A DNA stretch of 60,420 nucleotides from an uncultured Arenicella sp. (GCA_937989675.1 CALKRK010000167.1:1-60420), one strand, 5' to 3'; positions 1 through 10,289 are shown, counted from the first letter of the stretch. Numbers and translations are program-made. The notes: generated from the letters alone by a model not told the origin.

Positions 1-679
1 CGGTTTTAGTGACTAACTCGTGGCTTGCTCGGCTGGAGATTACCACGAAATCGGTGGCTTGAATTTTTGATACCCCTGTTTGCGCACCAATAGCTTTGTC
101 GAGCGCATTGTGCCTGCCAATATCCTCTTTGATATTTAGCATCTGACCTTCTGAATTAAATATTGCGGCACAGTGAACGGAACCACACTCGCGCTGTAGA
201 ACTTGCTCTTGATGAAACTGCTTAAGTGCTTTGTTGATAATTGAATAACTCGGCTTCGGGTGCTTTGGCAATGGAGTTAAGTCAGGAATGGCGGCGGCTA
301 AATCAACGATGCCACAGACACCGCAACCCGAGCGACCGCTAATCTGTCGTCGCTGGCGCTCCAAATATTTCACTACTTCAGGGTCAACCGACACATTTAT
401 CGCAAACCCATGTTTGGCTTGGTTAACTTCGATGTTACGAATATCTCCGGCACTGTTCACAATTCCCTCAGTTAAACTGAAACCAACCGCGTAGTCGTGT
501 AAATCTGTGGGGCTGGCCATCATAACCGCGTGACTCTTGCCGTTATATGAAAAGGCGATCGGCACTTCCTCGGCGATGTTATCCAGTTTATTTTGCAGAG
601 TTTGATCTGCAGTTTGTTCAGCCACAGTCCGAGCCTGACTGCCTGCTGCTAGATCGTTGTTATTAGCCAACGCTGTCAC
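1..679 (-). CDS. fdhD: Formate dehydrogenase accessory sulfurtransferase FdhD/FdsC (runs off the left edge)
   Basis: Not in the ORF track. Manual minus-strand translation from GTG at 679 (GTGA overlap with the fdsA stop) gives MTALANN...IAEEVPIAFSYNGKSHAVMMASPTDLHDYAVGFSLTEGIV...SGCGVCG...TGSVHCAA...EDIGRHNALDK, which are FdhD motifs. Confidence 0.93.
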   Translation of the reverse strand, partial: MTALANNNDLAAGSQARTVAEQTADQTLQNKLDNIAEEVPIAFSYNGKSHAVMMASPTDLHDYAVGFSLTEGIVNSAGDIRNIEVNQAKHGFAINVSVDPEVVKYLERQRRQISGRSGCGVCGIVDLAAAIPDLTPLPKHPKPSYSIINKALKQFHQEQVLQRECGSVHCAAIFNSEGQMLNIKEDIGRHNALDKAIGAQTGVSKIQATDFVVISSRASHELVTKT

Positions 680-3621
680 TTCTCAAGCTTACTTTCGCTT
701 GACTCAATCTTCGCAAGCTTCGCTTGTTGCTCCGAGAAATTCGTGAACTGCGTTTGCCATTCGGAACTCGCCTTTACATTCATCAGCTTCTTGATTTGCA
801 CGGCTGTGACTTTGTACTCCGGGCAGTTAGTTGCCCAATCCGAGTTATCTGTGGTGATCACATTAGCGCCACTCTCAGGATGATGAAAAGTGGTGTAACA
901 CACACTTGGCTGCACACGTTCGGTAACCAGCGCCGTTAAGTAAGTGCTACCAGAACGGCTTTCTATTTCCACTCGATCACCACTAACAATGCCTCGATTT
1001 TCTGCGTCCGATGGGTGTATCTCAAGCAAGTCTTTATCGTGCCAGATGTTGTTGTCTGTGCGGCGTGTCTGCGCCCCGACATTGTACTGCGATAAGATAC
1101 GACCAGTGGTCAACAACATCGGAAAGCGGCGCGTGACTTTTTCGTCTGTCGCTACGTACTCGGTTACTTTAAACAGACCTTTACCACGCACAAATTCATC
1201 CGTGTGCATAGTTGGCGTTCCGTTAGGAGCACCCTCGTTGCAAGGCCACTGAATAGAGCCTTCTTGATCCAAGCGCTCATAACTCACACCGGTAAACGTC
1301 GGGGTGAGCGCAGCAATTTCCTGCATGATTTCGCTTGGGTGTTGATAGTTCATGTCATAGCCAAGGGCATTGCACAAACCTTGTGTGACTTCCCAATCCT
1401 GCAAACCGGCCAGCGGCTGCATAACTTGTCGTACGGGCGAAATGCGTCTTTCGGCATTCGTAAACGTACCATTTTTCTCAAGGAAGCTTGAACCTGGCAG
1501 AAATACGGTGGCATATTTTGCCGTCACATTCAGAAATATATCTTGCACAATCAAGCACTCTAGATTGCGCAGTGCTTCTTCCACGTGTTTGGTATTTGGG
1601 TCTGACTGTGCAATGTCTTCCCCTTGCACGTAGAGCCCTTTGTAATGACCCGCTACTGAGGCATCCAGCATATTGTTGATGCGAAACCCTGGCTCCGGGT
1701 CTATGCTGACATTCCAAGCATGCTCAAACTCACTTCGCACAGAATCGTCGCTCACCGGCCGATAGCCGGGCAACTCGTGTGGAAAAGAACCCATGTCACA
1801 TGAACCTTGTACGTTGTTCTGACCACGTAATGGATTTACACCAACACCTGGACGACCAATATTACCGGTTAGCATTGCGAGGTTCGCTATGCCCATTACC
1901 GCCGTTGAACCCTGGCTGTGTTCGGTTACCCCCAAGCCATAATAAATTGCTCCATTACCCCCACTTGCGTAGAGTCGGGCAGAGGCTATCAAGGCTTGCC
2001 GAGGAATACCGGTGATGGCTTCGGTGTTTTCTGGGGAATGTTTTTCGTCGCGAATGAAATCAAGCCATTCATTAAAGCCTTTAGTATCACAACGCGTTTC
2101 AATAAAATTTGTTTGGTGTAAGTTTTCTCGAACAATCACGTGCGCCATGGCGTTTACAAATGCGACATTTGTACCGGGCAACAGTTTTAAGTGATGTTCG
2201 GCCTTGACGTGTGGCCCATCAACCAAATCGATTTTCCGTGGATCAACTACGATTAACTTAGCGCCTTCGCGCAAACGCTTCTTTAAGCGCGAGGCAAAAA
2301 CCGGGTGCGCATCAGTTGGGTTGGCGCCCATCACAATCACCACATTGGCAGCCGCCACTGAATCAAAGTTTTGCGTGCCAGCGGATTCGCCCAGAGTTTG
2401 TTTTAAACCATACCCGGTTGGTGAGTGGCACACACGCGCACAGGTATCCACATTATTGTTACCAAAGGCCGCGCGCACCATTTTCTGTACCAACCAAACT
2501 TCTTCATTGGTGCACCTTGAAGACGAAATACCACCGATGGATTTAACACCGTATTTTTCTTGAATGCCACGTAATTTGTCAGCCGCGAACTTGAATGCCT
2601 CTTCCCAAGACACAGCTTGCCAAGCTTGATCGATTGAGTTCCGAATCATCGGCGTGGTGATCCGTTCTTTATGAGTGGCGTAACCGAACGCAAACCGACC
2701 CTTCACACAAGAATGCCCACGGTTCGCCTGACCACCTTTGTATGGAGTCATGCGCACTAATTGATCGCCTTTCATCTCTGCTTTGAAGGCACAACCAACA
2801 CCACAATAAGCGCAAGTTGTTATTTTGTGGTGTTCAGGCTGACCTGCATCCACCACCGATTTCTCCATCAGTGTGGCGGTCGGGCAAGCTTGCACGCAAG
2901 CACCGCAAGACACGCACTCAGAATCTATAAAAGGCTCTGAGGCACTCGGGCTCACCTTTGACTCAAACCCTCGATTCTCAATTGTCAGTGCAAACGTTCC
3001 CTGTGTTTCTTCACAGGCACGCACACAGCGTGAACACGCTATGCACTTACTTGGGTCGAAATCAAAATACGGATTAGACGTGTCTTTGACTTCATCCAAA
3101 TGATTTGCGCCTTCGTAACCGTAGCGCACCTCGCGCAGGCCCACCGCGCCAGCCACGTCTTGCAATTCGCAGTCACCGTTGGCTGGGCAAGTTAAACAAT
3201 CAAGCGGATGATCTGAAATATAGAGCTCCATCACGTTGCGACGAAGCTCAGCTAGTTCCGCATTTTGGGTGGTCACCACCATGCCCTCTTCAAACGGTGT
3301 TGTGCACGACGCAGGTGAGCCACGGCGGCCTTCTATTTGCACTAAGCACATGCGGCAACTTCCAAATGCTTCTACGCTGTCGGTTGCACAAAGCCTTGGC
3401 ACATTGATATCCAAGCTCGCGGCAGCGCGCATCACTGACGTTCCAGCTGGCACTGTTACTCTGTAACCGTCGATGGTACCAGTGACCAATTCAAGGTCAC
3501 AACTCCGGTCGGCTAGATCAATATAAGATAATGGAGAAGGCGTGCCATAATCTTTATCAGGGTTTGGATTTCCTGCTTCTATCAAGTCCTTCAGCAACGG
3601 TGTGTCTTTAATCTGGTTCAT
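676..3621 (-). CDS. fdsA: NAD-dependent formate dehydrogenase alpha (Mo-bisPGD catalytic) subunit, Cys-ligated
   Basis: N-terminal 2Fe-2S/4Fe-4S motifs (GSCRMC, HPLDCLTC, CIACSRC, CVSCGAC), CAYCGVGC, CVKGRF, active-site CARVCH, PLRGQNNVQG, and a C-terminal molybdopterin-binding domain. Confidence 0.95.
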   Translation of the reverse strand: MNQIKDTPLLKDLIEAGNPNPDKDYGTPSPLSYIDLADRSCDLELVTGTIDGYRVTVPAGTSVMRAAASLDINVPRLCATDSVEAFGSCRMCLVQIEGRRGSPASCTTPFEEGMVVTTQNAELAELRRNVMELYISDHPLDCLTCPANGDCELQDVAGAVGLREVRYGYEGANHLDEVKDTSNPYFDFDPSKCIACSRCVRACEETQGTFALTIENRGFESKVSPSASEPFIDSECVSCGACVQACPTATLMEKSVVDAGQPEHHKITTCAYCGVGCAFKAEMKGDQLVRMTPYKGGQANRGHSCVKGRFAFGYATHKERITTPMIRNSIDQAWQAVSWEEAFKFAADKLRGIQEKYGVKSIGGISSSRCTNEEVWLVQKMVRAAFGNNNVDTCARVCHSPTGYGLKQTLGESAGTQNFDSVAAANVVIVMGANPTDAHPVFASRLKKRLREGAKLIVVDPRKIDLVDGPHVKAEHHLKLLPGTNVAFVNAMAHVIVRENLHQTNFIETRCDTKGFNEWLDFIRDEKHSPENTEAITGIPRQALIASARLYASGGNGAIYYGLGVTEHSQGSTAVMGIANLAMLTGNIGRPGVGVNPLRGQNNVQGSCDMGSFPHELPGYRPVSDDSVRSEFEHAWNVSIDPEPGFRINNMLDASVAGHYKGLYVQGEDIAQSDPNTKHVEEALRNLECLIVQDIFLNVTAKYATVFLPGSSFLEKNGTFTNAERRISPVRQVMQPLAGLQDWEVTQGLCNALGYDMNYQHPSEIMQEIAALTPTFTGVSYERLDQEGSIQWPCNEGAPNGTPTMHTDEFVRGKGLFKVTEYVATDEKVTRRFPMLLTTGRILSQYNVGAQTRRTDNNIWHDKDLLEIHPSDAENRGIVSGDRVEIESRSGSTYLTALVTERVQPSVCYTTFHHPESGANVITTDNSDWATNCPEYKVTAVQIKKLMNVKASSEWQTQFTNFSEQQAKLAKIESSESKLEK

Positions 3622-5204
3622 TACGTTCGACTCTTAGCTAATGTCGGCACTATTTTCTGGCTGGAACTCTCAACGCGGTCAAAATCTTCAGCGAAGTGTT
3701 CTAAGGCGCTCTGTACTGGAAACGGGGTCATTCCGCCCATCGCACACAATGAGCCATTGACCATGGTGCTACACAAACTATGTAGCAAATTAATATTGTC
3801 TTGGCGATTTTCATTCGCGCGGATTTTATCGATGGTCTCCACACCACGCACCGATCCGATACGGCACGGTGTGCATTTACCGCAAGATTCGACAACACAA
3901 AACTCCATTGCGAACCTCGCTTGCTCACCCATATCAACGGTGTCATCAAACGCAACCACACCACCATGGCCCAACACGGCGTTAATTTCGGCCAGCGCTT
4001 CGTAGTCCATTTGCGTTTTCCATTGGCTAGGCGGCAAATAGGTACCAAGCGGCCCACCGAGTTGCGCTGCTTTTAGAGGTCGCCCGCTGCGGCTGCCTGC
4101 CCCGAATTCATTAATAAGCTCGTCTACTGTCACACCAAACGCAAGTTCAACCAAGCCAGTTTGCTTTAGATTACCTGCAAGCTGAAACGGCATGGTGCCA
4201 CGCGAACGGCCCATACCAAACTCCGCGTATGAATCAGCACCATTGGCGAAGATAGTCGGCACTGTTGAAAGGGACAAAACGTTATTCACCACGGTTGGCT
4301 TAGCAAATAGGCCTTCCAAGGCTGGCAACGGTGGCTTAGCCCTCACCACGCCACGTTTGCCTTCAAGGCTATTTAGCAATGCGGTTTCTTCACCGCAAAC
4401 GTAAGACTTGGCTCCAAGCCTCACTTCAATATCAAAATCAAACGCACTGCCATTTATCGCAGCTCCCAGAAATTTGTGGTGTTTGGCAATGCTAATCGCT
4501 TCTTTTAGCACTGTGTAGGAATGTGGATATTCCTCACGCAGGTAGATATAGCCTTTATCGGCACCGACAGCGAAGCCTGCGATTATCATGCCTTCAATCA
4601 GAGCATATGGGTCGGCCTCCATTTGCAGGCGATCAGCAAAGGTTCCTGAATCGCCCTCGTCAGCATTACAAACAATGTATTTTTGATCGGCCTCGGCGCT
4701 AAGCACCGTTTGCCACTTGATCCCGGTTGGAAACGCCGCACCACCGCGACCTCGTAGCCCGGAGTCTTTGATTTCATCAACACACTCTTGAGGTGACATA
4801 CTAAGCGCACGCGTTAAGCCTATAAAACCCTGGTGTGCCTGATAATCTTCAATCGAGGTTGGGCGCGTAATTCCAGCGCGCTTAAACGTTAGGCGTTGTT
4901 GGTTTTTTAAAAACGGAATTTCCTCGGTCAGGCCAAGCGCCAAAGGGTGACCCTGCTTGCCTGACAACATGCCAGACTGAATTAGATCATCGATATCCTC
5001 TACGGTAACCGGGCCATAGGCAACACGGCCCCGCTCAGTTTCCACCTCAACCAATGGCTCTAGCCAAAATAGGCCTCGTGAACCATTGCGAATAACGTCA
5101 ATACTGTGTTCGGCAACATCTTGCTTGGCCAACTTCTGCGCTACATCGTCGGCGCCGACCGACAAGGCCGTTGAGTCTTGTGGCACGTAAACCCTGACAT
5201 TCAC
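3621..5204 (-). CDS. fdsB: Formate dehydrogenase beta subunit (NuoF-like; FMN/NADH-binding, 4Fe-4S)
   Basis: GLRGRGGAAFPTGIKW, NADEGDSGTFADR, YVCGEETALLNSLEG, ESCGKCTPCR; overlaps both neighbours. Confidence 0.95.
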   Translation of the reverse strand: MNVRVYVPQDSTALSVGADDVAQKLAKQDVAEHSIDVIRNGSRGLFWLEPLVEVETERGRVAYGPVTVEDIDDLIQSGMLSGKQGHPLALGLTEEIPFLKNQQRLTFKRAGITRPTSIEDYQAHQGFIGLTRALSMSPQECVDEIKDSGLRGRGGAAFPTGIKWQTVLSAEADQKYIVCNADEGDSGTFADRLQMEADPYALIEGMIIAGFAVGADKGYIYLREEYPHSYTVLKEAISIAKHHKFLGAAINGSAFDFDIEVRLGAKSYVCGEETALLNSLEGKRGVVRAKPPLPALEGLFAKPTVVNNVLSLSTVPTIFANGADSYAEFGMGRSRGTMPFQLAGNLKQTGLVELAFGVTVDELINEFGAGSRSGRPLKAAQLGGPLGTYLPPSQWKTQMDYEALAEINAVLGHGGVVAFDDTVDMGEQARFAMEFCVVESCGKCTPCRIGSVRGVETIDKIRANENRQDNINLLHSLCSTMVNGSLCAMGGMTPFPVQSALEHFAEDFDRVESSSQKIVPTLAKSRT

Positions 5205-5704
5205 TGATTTAACTCCTTAGATTTGGCAAGCTGGCTGATCGCTTTATCAACAATTGCATTGACTCCAGACTCAGTGATCCGACCATAAATGTTTTCGCCG
5301 ACACGAACCGAGGGTGAACAAGCACAGTTACCCAAGCAGTAGACAGACTCTAAAGTGACGTTGCCATCGCTACTGGTTTCACCAAAATCCAAGCCAAGTG
5401 CATCTTTAAATCTTTGCTCTATCTTGCGGCCGCCAACCGCCTGGCAGGACTCAGCTCGGCATACCTCAATTACAGTTTTACCGTGTGGCTTAGTGGTGAA
5501 CGAGTGGTAGTAACTCACTACTCCATGAACTTCAGCTCGCGACAAGTTTAGCGCCTTGGCGATATAGTTTAGGGCTGAACCTGGAATATGCCGTAACTCA
5601 CTTTGAATTTGATGAAGTATCGGCAATAGTGGCCCAGCCAAATGTTGATGCGCCACAACCGCATCGACGACAACCATTTCAACGTTTTCAGTTTCAGTTT
5701 GCAT
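5201..5704 (-). CDS. fdsG: Formate dehydrogenase gamma subunit (NuoE-like 2Fe-2S)
   Basis: LLPILHQIQ, EVHGVVSYY, CRAESC...CLGNC thioredoxin-like 2Fe-2S motif; ATG at 5704 (alternative GTG at 5710). Confidence 0.93.
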   Translation of the reverse strand: MQTETENVEMVVVDAVVAHQHLAGPLLPILHQIQSELRHIPGSALNYIAKALNLSRAEVHGVVSYYHSFTTKPHGKTVIEVCRAESCQAVGGRKIEQRFKDALGLDFGETSSDGNVTLESVYCLGNCACSPSVRVGENIYGRITESGVNAIVDKAISQLAKSKELNQ

Positions 5705-5743
5705 ATACACAAATCACAATATTGGTTTGCTAGAAGGCGCTAT

Positions 5744-5763
5744 ATATGTAATATAATACATAT
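5744..5763. promoter_or_regulatory. Inverted repeat ATATGTA-N6-TACATAT in the divergent fdsG/fdsR promoter; candidate FdsR operator
   Basis: Dyad seen directly in an AT-rich 118 bp divergent intergenic region; overlaps CGCTATATA, which resembles a ModE half-site. Confidence 0.45.
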
Positions 5764-5822
5764 TATAAATTCATAATATTTCACAATATCATGCACAACT
5801 GCGACTGGGAATATGAAATAAA

Positions 5823-6887
5823 ATGCAGATTAATAATCTTAAACTGATTCCTAACTGGCGCATTACCGACCTTCAGGGAGAGCGTCTGCATGAAAGTTTT
5901 CTCCCTCTTCTGCAATCAATTACTCAGTTCAACAAGCTCACTAAAGCGGCAAAGCAATGCGATTTATCGTATAGACACGCCTGGAACATACTGCAAGAAG
6001 CCGAGGCATTTTTTGGCGCACCGGTAACCACTATGAAGCGTGGCCGAGGCGCCAATCTCACGGAACTTGGTAAAGTATTGTTGCAAGCGAATCAGCGCAT
6101 AGAAGCGCGTCTGCACACGCAAATGGAGAGCCTCGATATGGAGCTGAATGCGGAAGTGCACCGAGTACTCAGCGACCAAATTGGAGTTATATTGATTCAT
6201 GCCAGCCACGGTTATGCCGTGGCCTTAATACCAGAGCATCTTACGCAGTATCAGGTGGAGTTACATTATCACGGGCCAGAAGACGCCTTGCGCGCGCTGA
6301 ACGCTGGCGCCTGCAAGATAGCCGGTTTTAACTTGCCTTCGCAGCTGCATATTTCACAAAGCGAGCACCATTATCGGGAGCTATTAGATGACGCCTCAAT
6401 TAAAGTTCTGCAATTTATCGAACGGCAACAAGGCCTGATGTTGCGCGCAGAAAATAGCGCGGGAGTAGCCTCTATCGCTGACCTCACCAATCACCGCTTG
6501 CGATTCATAAATCGCCAACCACGCTCTGGCACTCGAAAGCTATTTGATCAGCTTTTGATTGACGCCAATATAGAAACTCACTCAATTCAGGGATATGAAA
6601 ACCACGAGTACACACATTCGGCTATTGCCGCTCACGTAGCGACCGGCATGGCCGACGTGGGTTTTGGGGTTGAAGCAGCGGCGAGGCGGTTCGACCTCGA
6701 TTTCGTACCCGTTACACAAGATCGATATTACTGGGCATATCGGGCAGAATCTGAACATGAACCTGAAATTGCTGCGTTTAGACAAACGTTATTATCAACA
6801 GGGTATCAACAAGCAGTAAACGCTTTGCCAGGTTACAAATGCAATCATTGCGGCGAGCTGACTACCGCATCGGCACTCTTTTCTTAA
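5823..6887 (+). CDS. fdsR: FdsR-type regulator (ModE-like winged HTH plus periplasmic-binding-protein-like domain)
   Basis: LTKAAKQCDLSYRHAWNIL...RGRGANLTELG ModE-type HTH; FINRQPRSGTR and ADVGFG PBP-like motifs; divergent from fdsG as in the Cupriavidus fds locus. Confidence 0.8.
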   Translation: MQINNLKLIPNWRITDLQGERLHESFLPLLQSITQFNKLTKAAKQCDLSYRHAWNILQEAEAFFGAPVTTMKRGRGANLTELGKVLLQANQRIEARLHTQMESLDMELNAEVHRVLSDQIGVILIHASHGYAVALIPEHLTQYQVELHYHGPEDALRALNAGACKIAGFNLPSQLHISQSEHHYRELLDDASIKVLQFIERQQGLMLRAENSAGVASIADLTNHRLRFINRQPRSGTRKLFDQLLIDANIETHSIQGYENHEYTHSAIAAHVATGMADVGFGVEAAARRFDLDFVPVTQDRYYWAYRAESEHEPEIAAFRQTLLSTGYQQAVNALPGYKCNHCGELTTASALFS

Positions 6888-6910
6888 AAAAAGGCGGGCC
6901 GAAGCCCGCC
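6886..6910 (-). terminator. Rho-independent terminator for the TonB-dependent receptor gene
   Basis: Minus strand reads GGCGGGC-TTCG-GCCCGCC-TTTTTTT (UUCG tetraloop, 7 bp GC stem, U-tract) between convergent genes. Confidence 0.85.
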
Positions 6911-7047
6911 ATCAAGGTTACCAAAGTCACCAGTGATAAAACTATGCGATAAAGTTGAACCGCACACGGGGGATTGGAGACTTATTTGTATTAGGGCACC
7001 CGCGGAGAGTGTGGGGTGCCTTCATACTCCCACCATAAGAAAACGAT

Positions 7048-10000
7048 CTAGAATTTAACAGTTACTCCAAAGTTATAGCGCGCCCCAAATTGCTCTAAGC
7101 TCAAGAGTTGGTCTGAGAAACGCCCATGCTGGCGCACTGTTTCTTCAGTAATGTTTAAGCCTTCAATGAATACGGACATGCTGTCGCTTACCTGATAACT
7201 GACGTTGACATCCCACTGGCCGTACTCCTCGACAAAGGTAGGCTCGCCCGCACGCTGCGGTTGAAACAACGCGAGCAGAAAGTCATCTCTCCAGTTGTAG
7301 GCAATACGCGCTTGAAACCTTTCAGATTCGTAAAAGCCAACCAGATTGGCGGAATCACTTAGGCCCGTTAATGCAAAGGTGTTGTTCACGTCATACAAGT
7401 CGTATTCAACATTGCCATCAACCAGCGTCAAGTTTGCTATCGCGCCAAAACCTGAGTCACCAAACATGTGCTGAACATTAAACTCAAAGCCATCTACTTC
7501 AGCATCGTCCAAGTTGCTCGGTGTTGCGATCAAGAAGTTAATCGCGGGGTCGCTCGGTGTTGAGAAACAATTTGGGTTTCCGCCAACAACTTCATCGGGG
7601 CAACCTGGTCGAGGTGAAATACTTGGGTCAGTTAAAGGGTTGCCATTAACGTCGGGCAAGGTGCCTTCTCGAGTTGAGACACCAATAAAGTTTTCCACGT
7701 ACTTCTTAAAATAACCTACAGACGCATAACTTCCGTCGCCGTAATACCATTCTAACGACAGGTCAATATTCTCTGAATCCAGGGGTAGTAAATCTGGGTT
7801 CCCGGTAGACGCATTAAACGGGCCTTGTGGGCGAGCGTCCAACGAAACAGACGGAAACAAAGCCGACAAATCCGGCCGGCTAAGAGTATGGCTATATGAA
7901 AAACGCGCTATCAAATCCTCTTTCACATCCATGCTCAAATCGAAGTTTGGCAACAATCGTGTATAACCACCTGACTCACGGATATCTTGTTCTTGCGCTG
8001 TAAACACTTCGCCAAATCGACCAGCGGTATTAACATAGTTAAGCGCCTCCACTTGGCGTTGACGAGCAACGGCCGACACGTCTGTATCTTCCCAACGAAC
8101 GCCTGCGTTCAACTTAACGGGCATACCATTAAATTCGCTCTCAACATTAACCGCAACATACGCGGCTAAGGTGTCTTCTTCCACGCCGTTATACGTTGGC
8201 GATTCCTCGAAGAAAAAGCCTTGATCTCGAACCAAATTCAGAGCCTCAAGAGCACTGAAATCCGACAACAGCGGGAACAATGCTTGGTTGCCGCCTATGT
8301 TCGAACCAAAACCATCACTCGAACGAAATTGTAAATCTAGGGTTGAAATATCTACCGGTACAAACGCCACGGTTCTGCGACGAAAGGTGTCGATTTTGTA
8401 GTCCGTTTTGGTTAGGCCAAAATCGATATTTCGTAATGCGCCATCCCCAGAATTTAACCATTCACCACTCAAGTTCAATTGGTTGATATTGTTCTCGATC
8501 TCGTAACCGCGCATTTGAAACAGATCAAACTGGATGTTGTCACTGCTAAACGGATCACCACCTGGCAAGCCCGCAGCATTGAACGACACATTAGGCCTTC
8601 CAGTTGGACTGGTTTGATAAGCAATATCAACGCCACCTCTGTCTGGAATACCATCGCCATCAAGGTCTGTTACGCGCGGGTTTTTAAGGTTAATAATAAA
8701 CTCAGAGTTCTGCCCATCGGGTTGCGAGTGCGAAGTGGAGTCATGGTAATCGAGTTTGAAGTTTAAGTTGTCAGTGGCTTGCCAATCGAGATTTAGGCCC
8801 ACCGAATCGTTTTCAGTTTCAAACAAAAAGTGCCATGCCCAAAAGTTCAGCTCATCACCAGGGCGGCTCGGGTTAGTGACCGTGCCGTTCGCATCAGCAT
8901 TACCACCGGTATCGCCATCGAACCAAAAGCTAGTACGATTTAAATTATCTATTTCCTCAAAACGAGACAAGGTATAGTCAACGGTTGCGGTGAAGTTGTC
9001 TGTCGGCGCGAACTGCAGCACTAATTGGCCGTTTTGTCTTTCCCGCTCATGGTCATGGACATCTACGTCAATGGTTAGCGGAGCCCAGTGGGAGCCATTG
9101 GGATTCAAGCTTCGGTCAATGCCGCTTTTATCCACATTAGAACCACGTTCCGCGGGCCAACCTTGTGAACCGACTCGTTCACGGCGGCTGTCTCTTTCAG
9201 CATGAGAGACTGACAACAACGCACCAAACTTGCCATCAAAGAATGTATTGCTAATCATTCCAGATAACTCTGGAGTTACTGTTCGGCCATCTTCAACACT
9301 GGTATCCATGACGCCTTTAGCCGAAACCACCGCGGTAAACCCATCTTGATCAAATGGTTTTGCGGTATTGATGTTGATTGTTGATCCAATGCCACCAGAG
9401 GCGACCTGCGCCTTGCCAGTTTTATACACTTTCACACCCGAAACACTTTCGGCCGCTAGCTCGCGAAAATTAAAACTTCGATCAATGCCATTCTCAAGCA
9501 AAGTTGAAGAAGTAGGCATTTGACGCCCATTCAACGTTACCAAGTTGAAGGTTGGCCCGAAGCCGCGCACTGAAACTTGATTGCCTTCGTTGTTAGATCT
9601 GTCGATCGACACTCCAGTAATTCTTTGTAAAGACTCTGCCAGATTGGTGTCAGGAAACTTACCAATATCTTCAGCAGAGATGGCATCAACAACACCATCA
9701 GAGTCTCGCTTCACGTCCATTGAACGTTCCAACGACGCCCGAATACCAGTCACAACGATCTCTTCTAACGTACCGTCTTCAATGTTGTTGCCTGATTGGG
9801 CGTTCGCACCTGCGGTCGACACCAAAGCAGCGAGTGCTGTGGCGATACCTGTCTTCTTCAAAGCTCTTTCGTTCATCGACATTTCCTCATCGTTTTCTTG
9901 TAATTTTTCGTAGTCAGAAGACATCGAAATACTAATTACATGTTTTTTGGAAAGGCCACCTGTCAAACCGGTGTTTTTGAGCATAAGAGACAAAGCTTTG

Positions 10001-10266
10001 GGAAGGCTATACCGGCCTATAACCGGGTTTGATTCCTTACCTTCGACCAAGTCGTAGGGAAATAGAGAAATTGCGCCGGTTTGCTTATATAAAACCGTCA
10101 GCGCTGTCGCTAAATTTTGCGAGGGTATATCCAGACGATAACGTCTTTCAGCAGACATAACTTCTCTACTGAATGAAAACATAATCAGTCCAACTGATAT
10201 AAAAAACAACCTCACAACGCAACCATATTTGTTACGTTTCTCAATCCTCTTAATTGGCAAAAACAT
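7048..10266 (-). CDS. TonB-dependent receptor/transducer with an N-terminal STN signalling domain
   Basis: STN-like segment (LDIPSQNLATAL...VIGRYSLPKALSLMLKNTGL), LEEIVVTGIRASL, plug motif DIGKFPDTNLAESLQRITGVSI, C-terminal Phe. Start set at ATG 10266 because the TTG at 10299 lies within the predicted promoter. Confidence 0.92.
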   Translation of the reverse strand: MFLPIKRIEKRNKYGCVVRLFFISVGLIMFSFSREVMSAERRYRLDIPSQNLATALTVLYKQTGAISLFPYDLVEGKESNPVIGRYSLPKALSLMLKNTGLTGGLSKKHVISISMSSDYEKLQENDEEMSMNERALKKTGIATALAALVSTAGANAQSGNNIEDGTLEEIVVTGIRASLERSMDVKRDSDGVVDAISAEDIGKFPDTNLAESLQRITGVSIDRSNNEGNQVSVRGFGPTFNLVTLNGRQMPTSSTLLENGIDRSFNFRELAAESVSGVKVYKTGKAQVASGGIGSTININTAKPFDQDGFTAVVSAKGVMDTSVEDGRTVTPELSGMISNTFFDGKFGALLSVSHAERDSRRERVGSQGWPAERGSNVDKSGIDRSLNPNGSHWAPLTIDVDVHDHERERQNGQLVLQFAPTDNFTATVDYTLSRFEEIDNLNRTSFWFDGDTGGNADANGTVTNPSRPGDELNFWAWHFLFETENDSVGLNLDWQATDNLNFKLDYHDSTSHSQPDGQNSEFIINLKNPRVTDLDGDGIPDRGGVDIAYQTSPTGRPNVSFNAAGLPGGDPFSSDNIQFDLFQMRGYEIENNINQLNLSGEWLNSGDGALRNIDFGLTKTDYKIDTFRRRTVAFVPVDISTLDLQFRSSDGFGSNIGGNQALFPLLSDFSALEALNLVRDQGFFFEESPTYNGVEEDTLAAYVAVNVESEFNGMPVKLNAGVRWEDTDVSAVARQRQVEALNYVNTAGRFGEVFTAQEQDIRESGGYTRLLPNFDLSMDVKEDLIARFSYSHTLSRPDLSALFPSVSLDARPQGPFNASTGNPDLLPLDSENIDLSLEWYYGDGSYASVGYFKKYVENFIGVSTREGTLPDVNGNPLTDPSISPRPGCPDEVVGGNPNCFSTPSDPAINFLIATPSNLDDAEVDGFEFNVQHMFGDSGFGAIANLTLVDGNVEYDLYDVNNTFALTGLSDSANLVGFYESERFQARIAYNWRDDFLLALFQPQRAGEPTFVEEYGQWDVNVSYQVSDSMSVFIEGLNITEETVRQHGRFSDQLLSLEQFGARYNFGVTVKF

Positions 10267-10289
10267 CGGCCGTCTTGTGCAACCTTGCC

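Noticed and set aside
676-3621. Selenocysteine-containing FDH
   Set aside because: The frame is open with Cys at the active site (CARVCH) and there is no in-frame TGA.
6995-7020. GGCACCC...GGGTGCC hairpin, and the hairpins at 37420-37524, as ncRNA or REP elements
   Set aside because: Single short stems with no repeat noticed elsewhere in the window and no known RNA motif; probably mRNA-stabilising structures.
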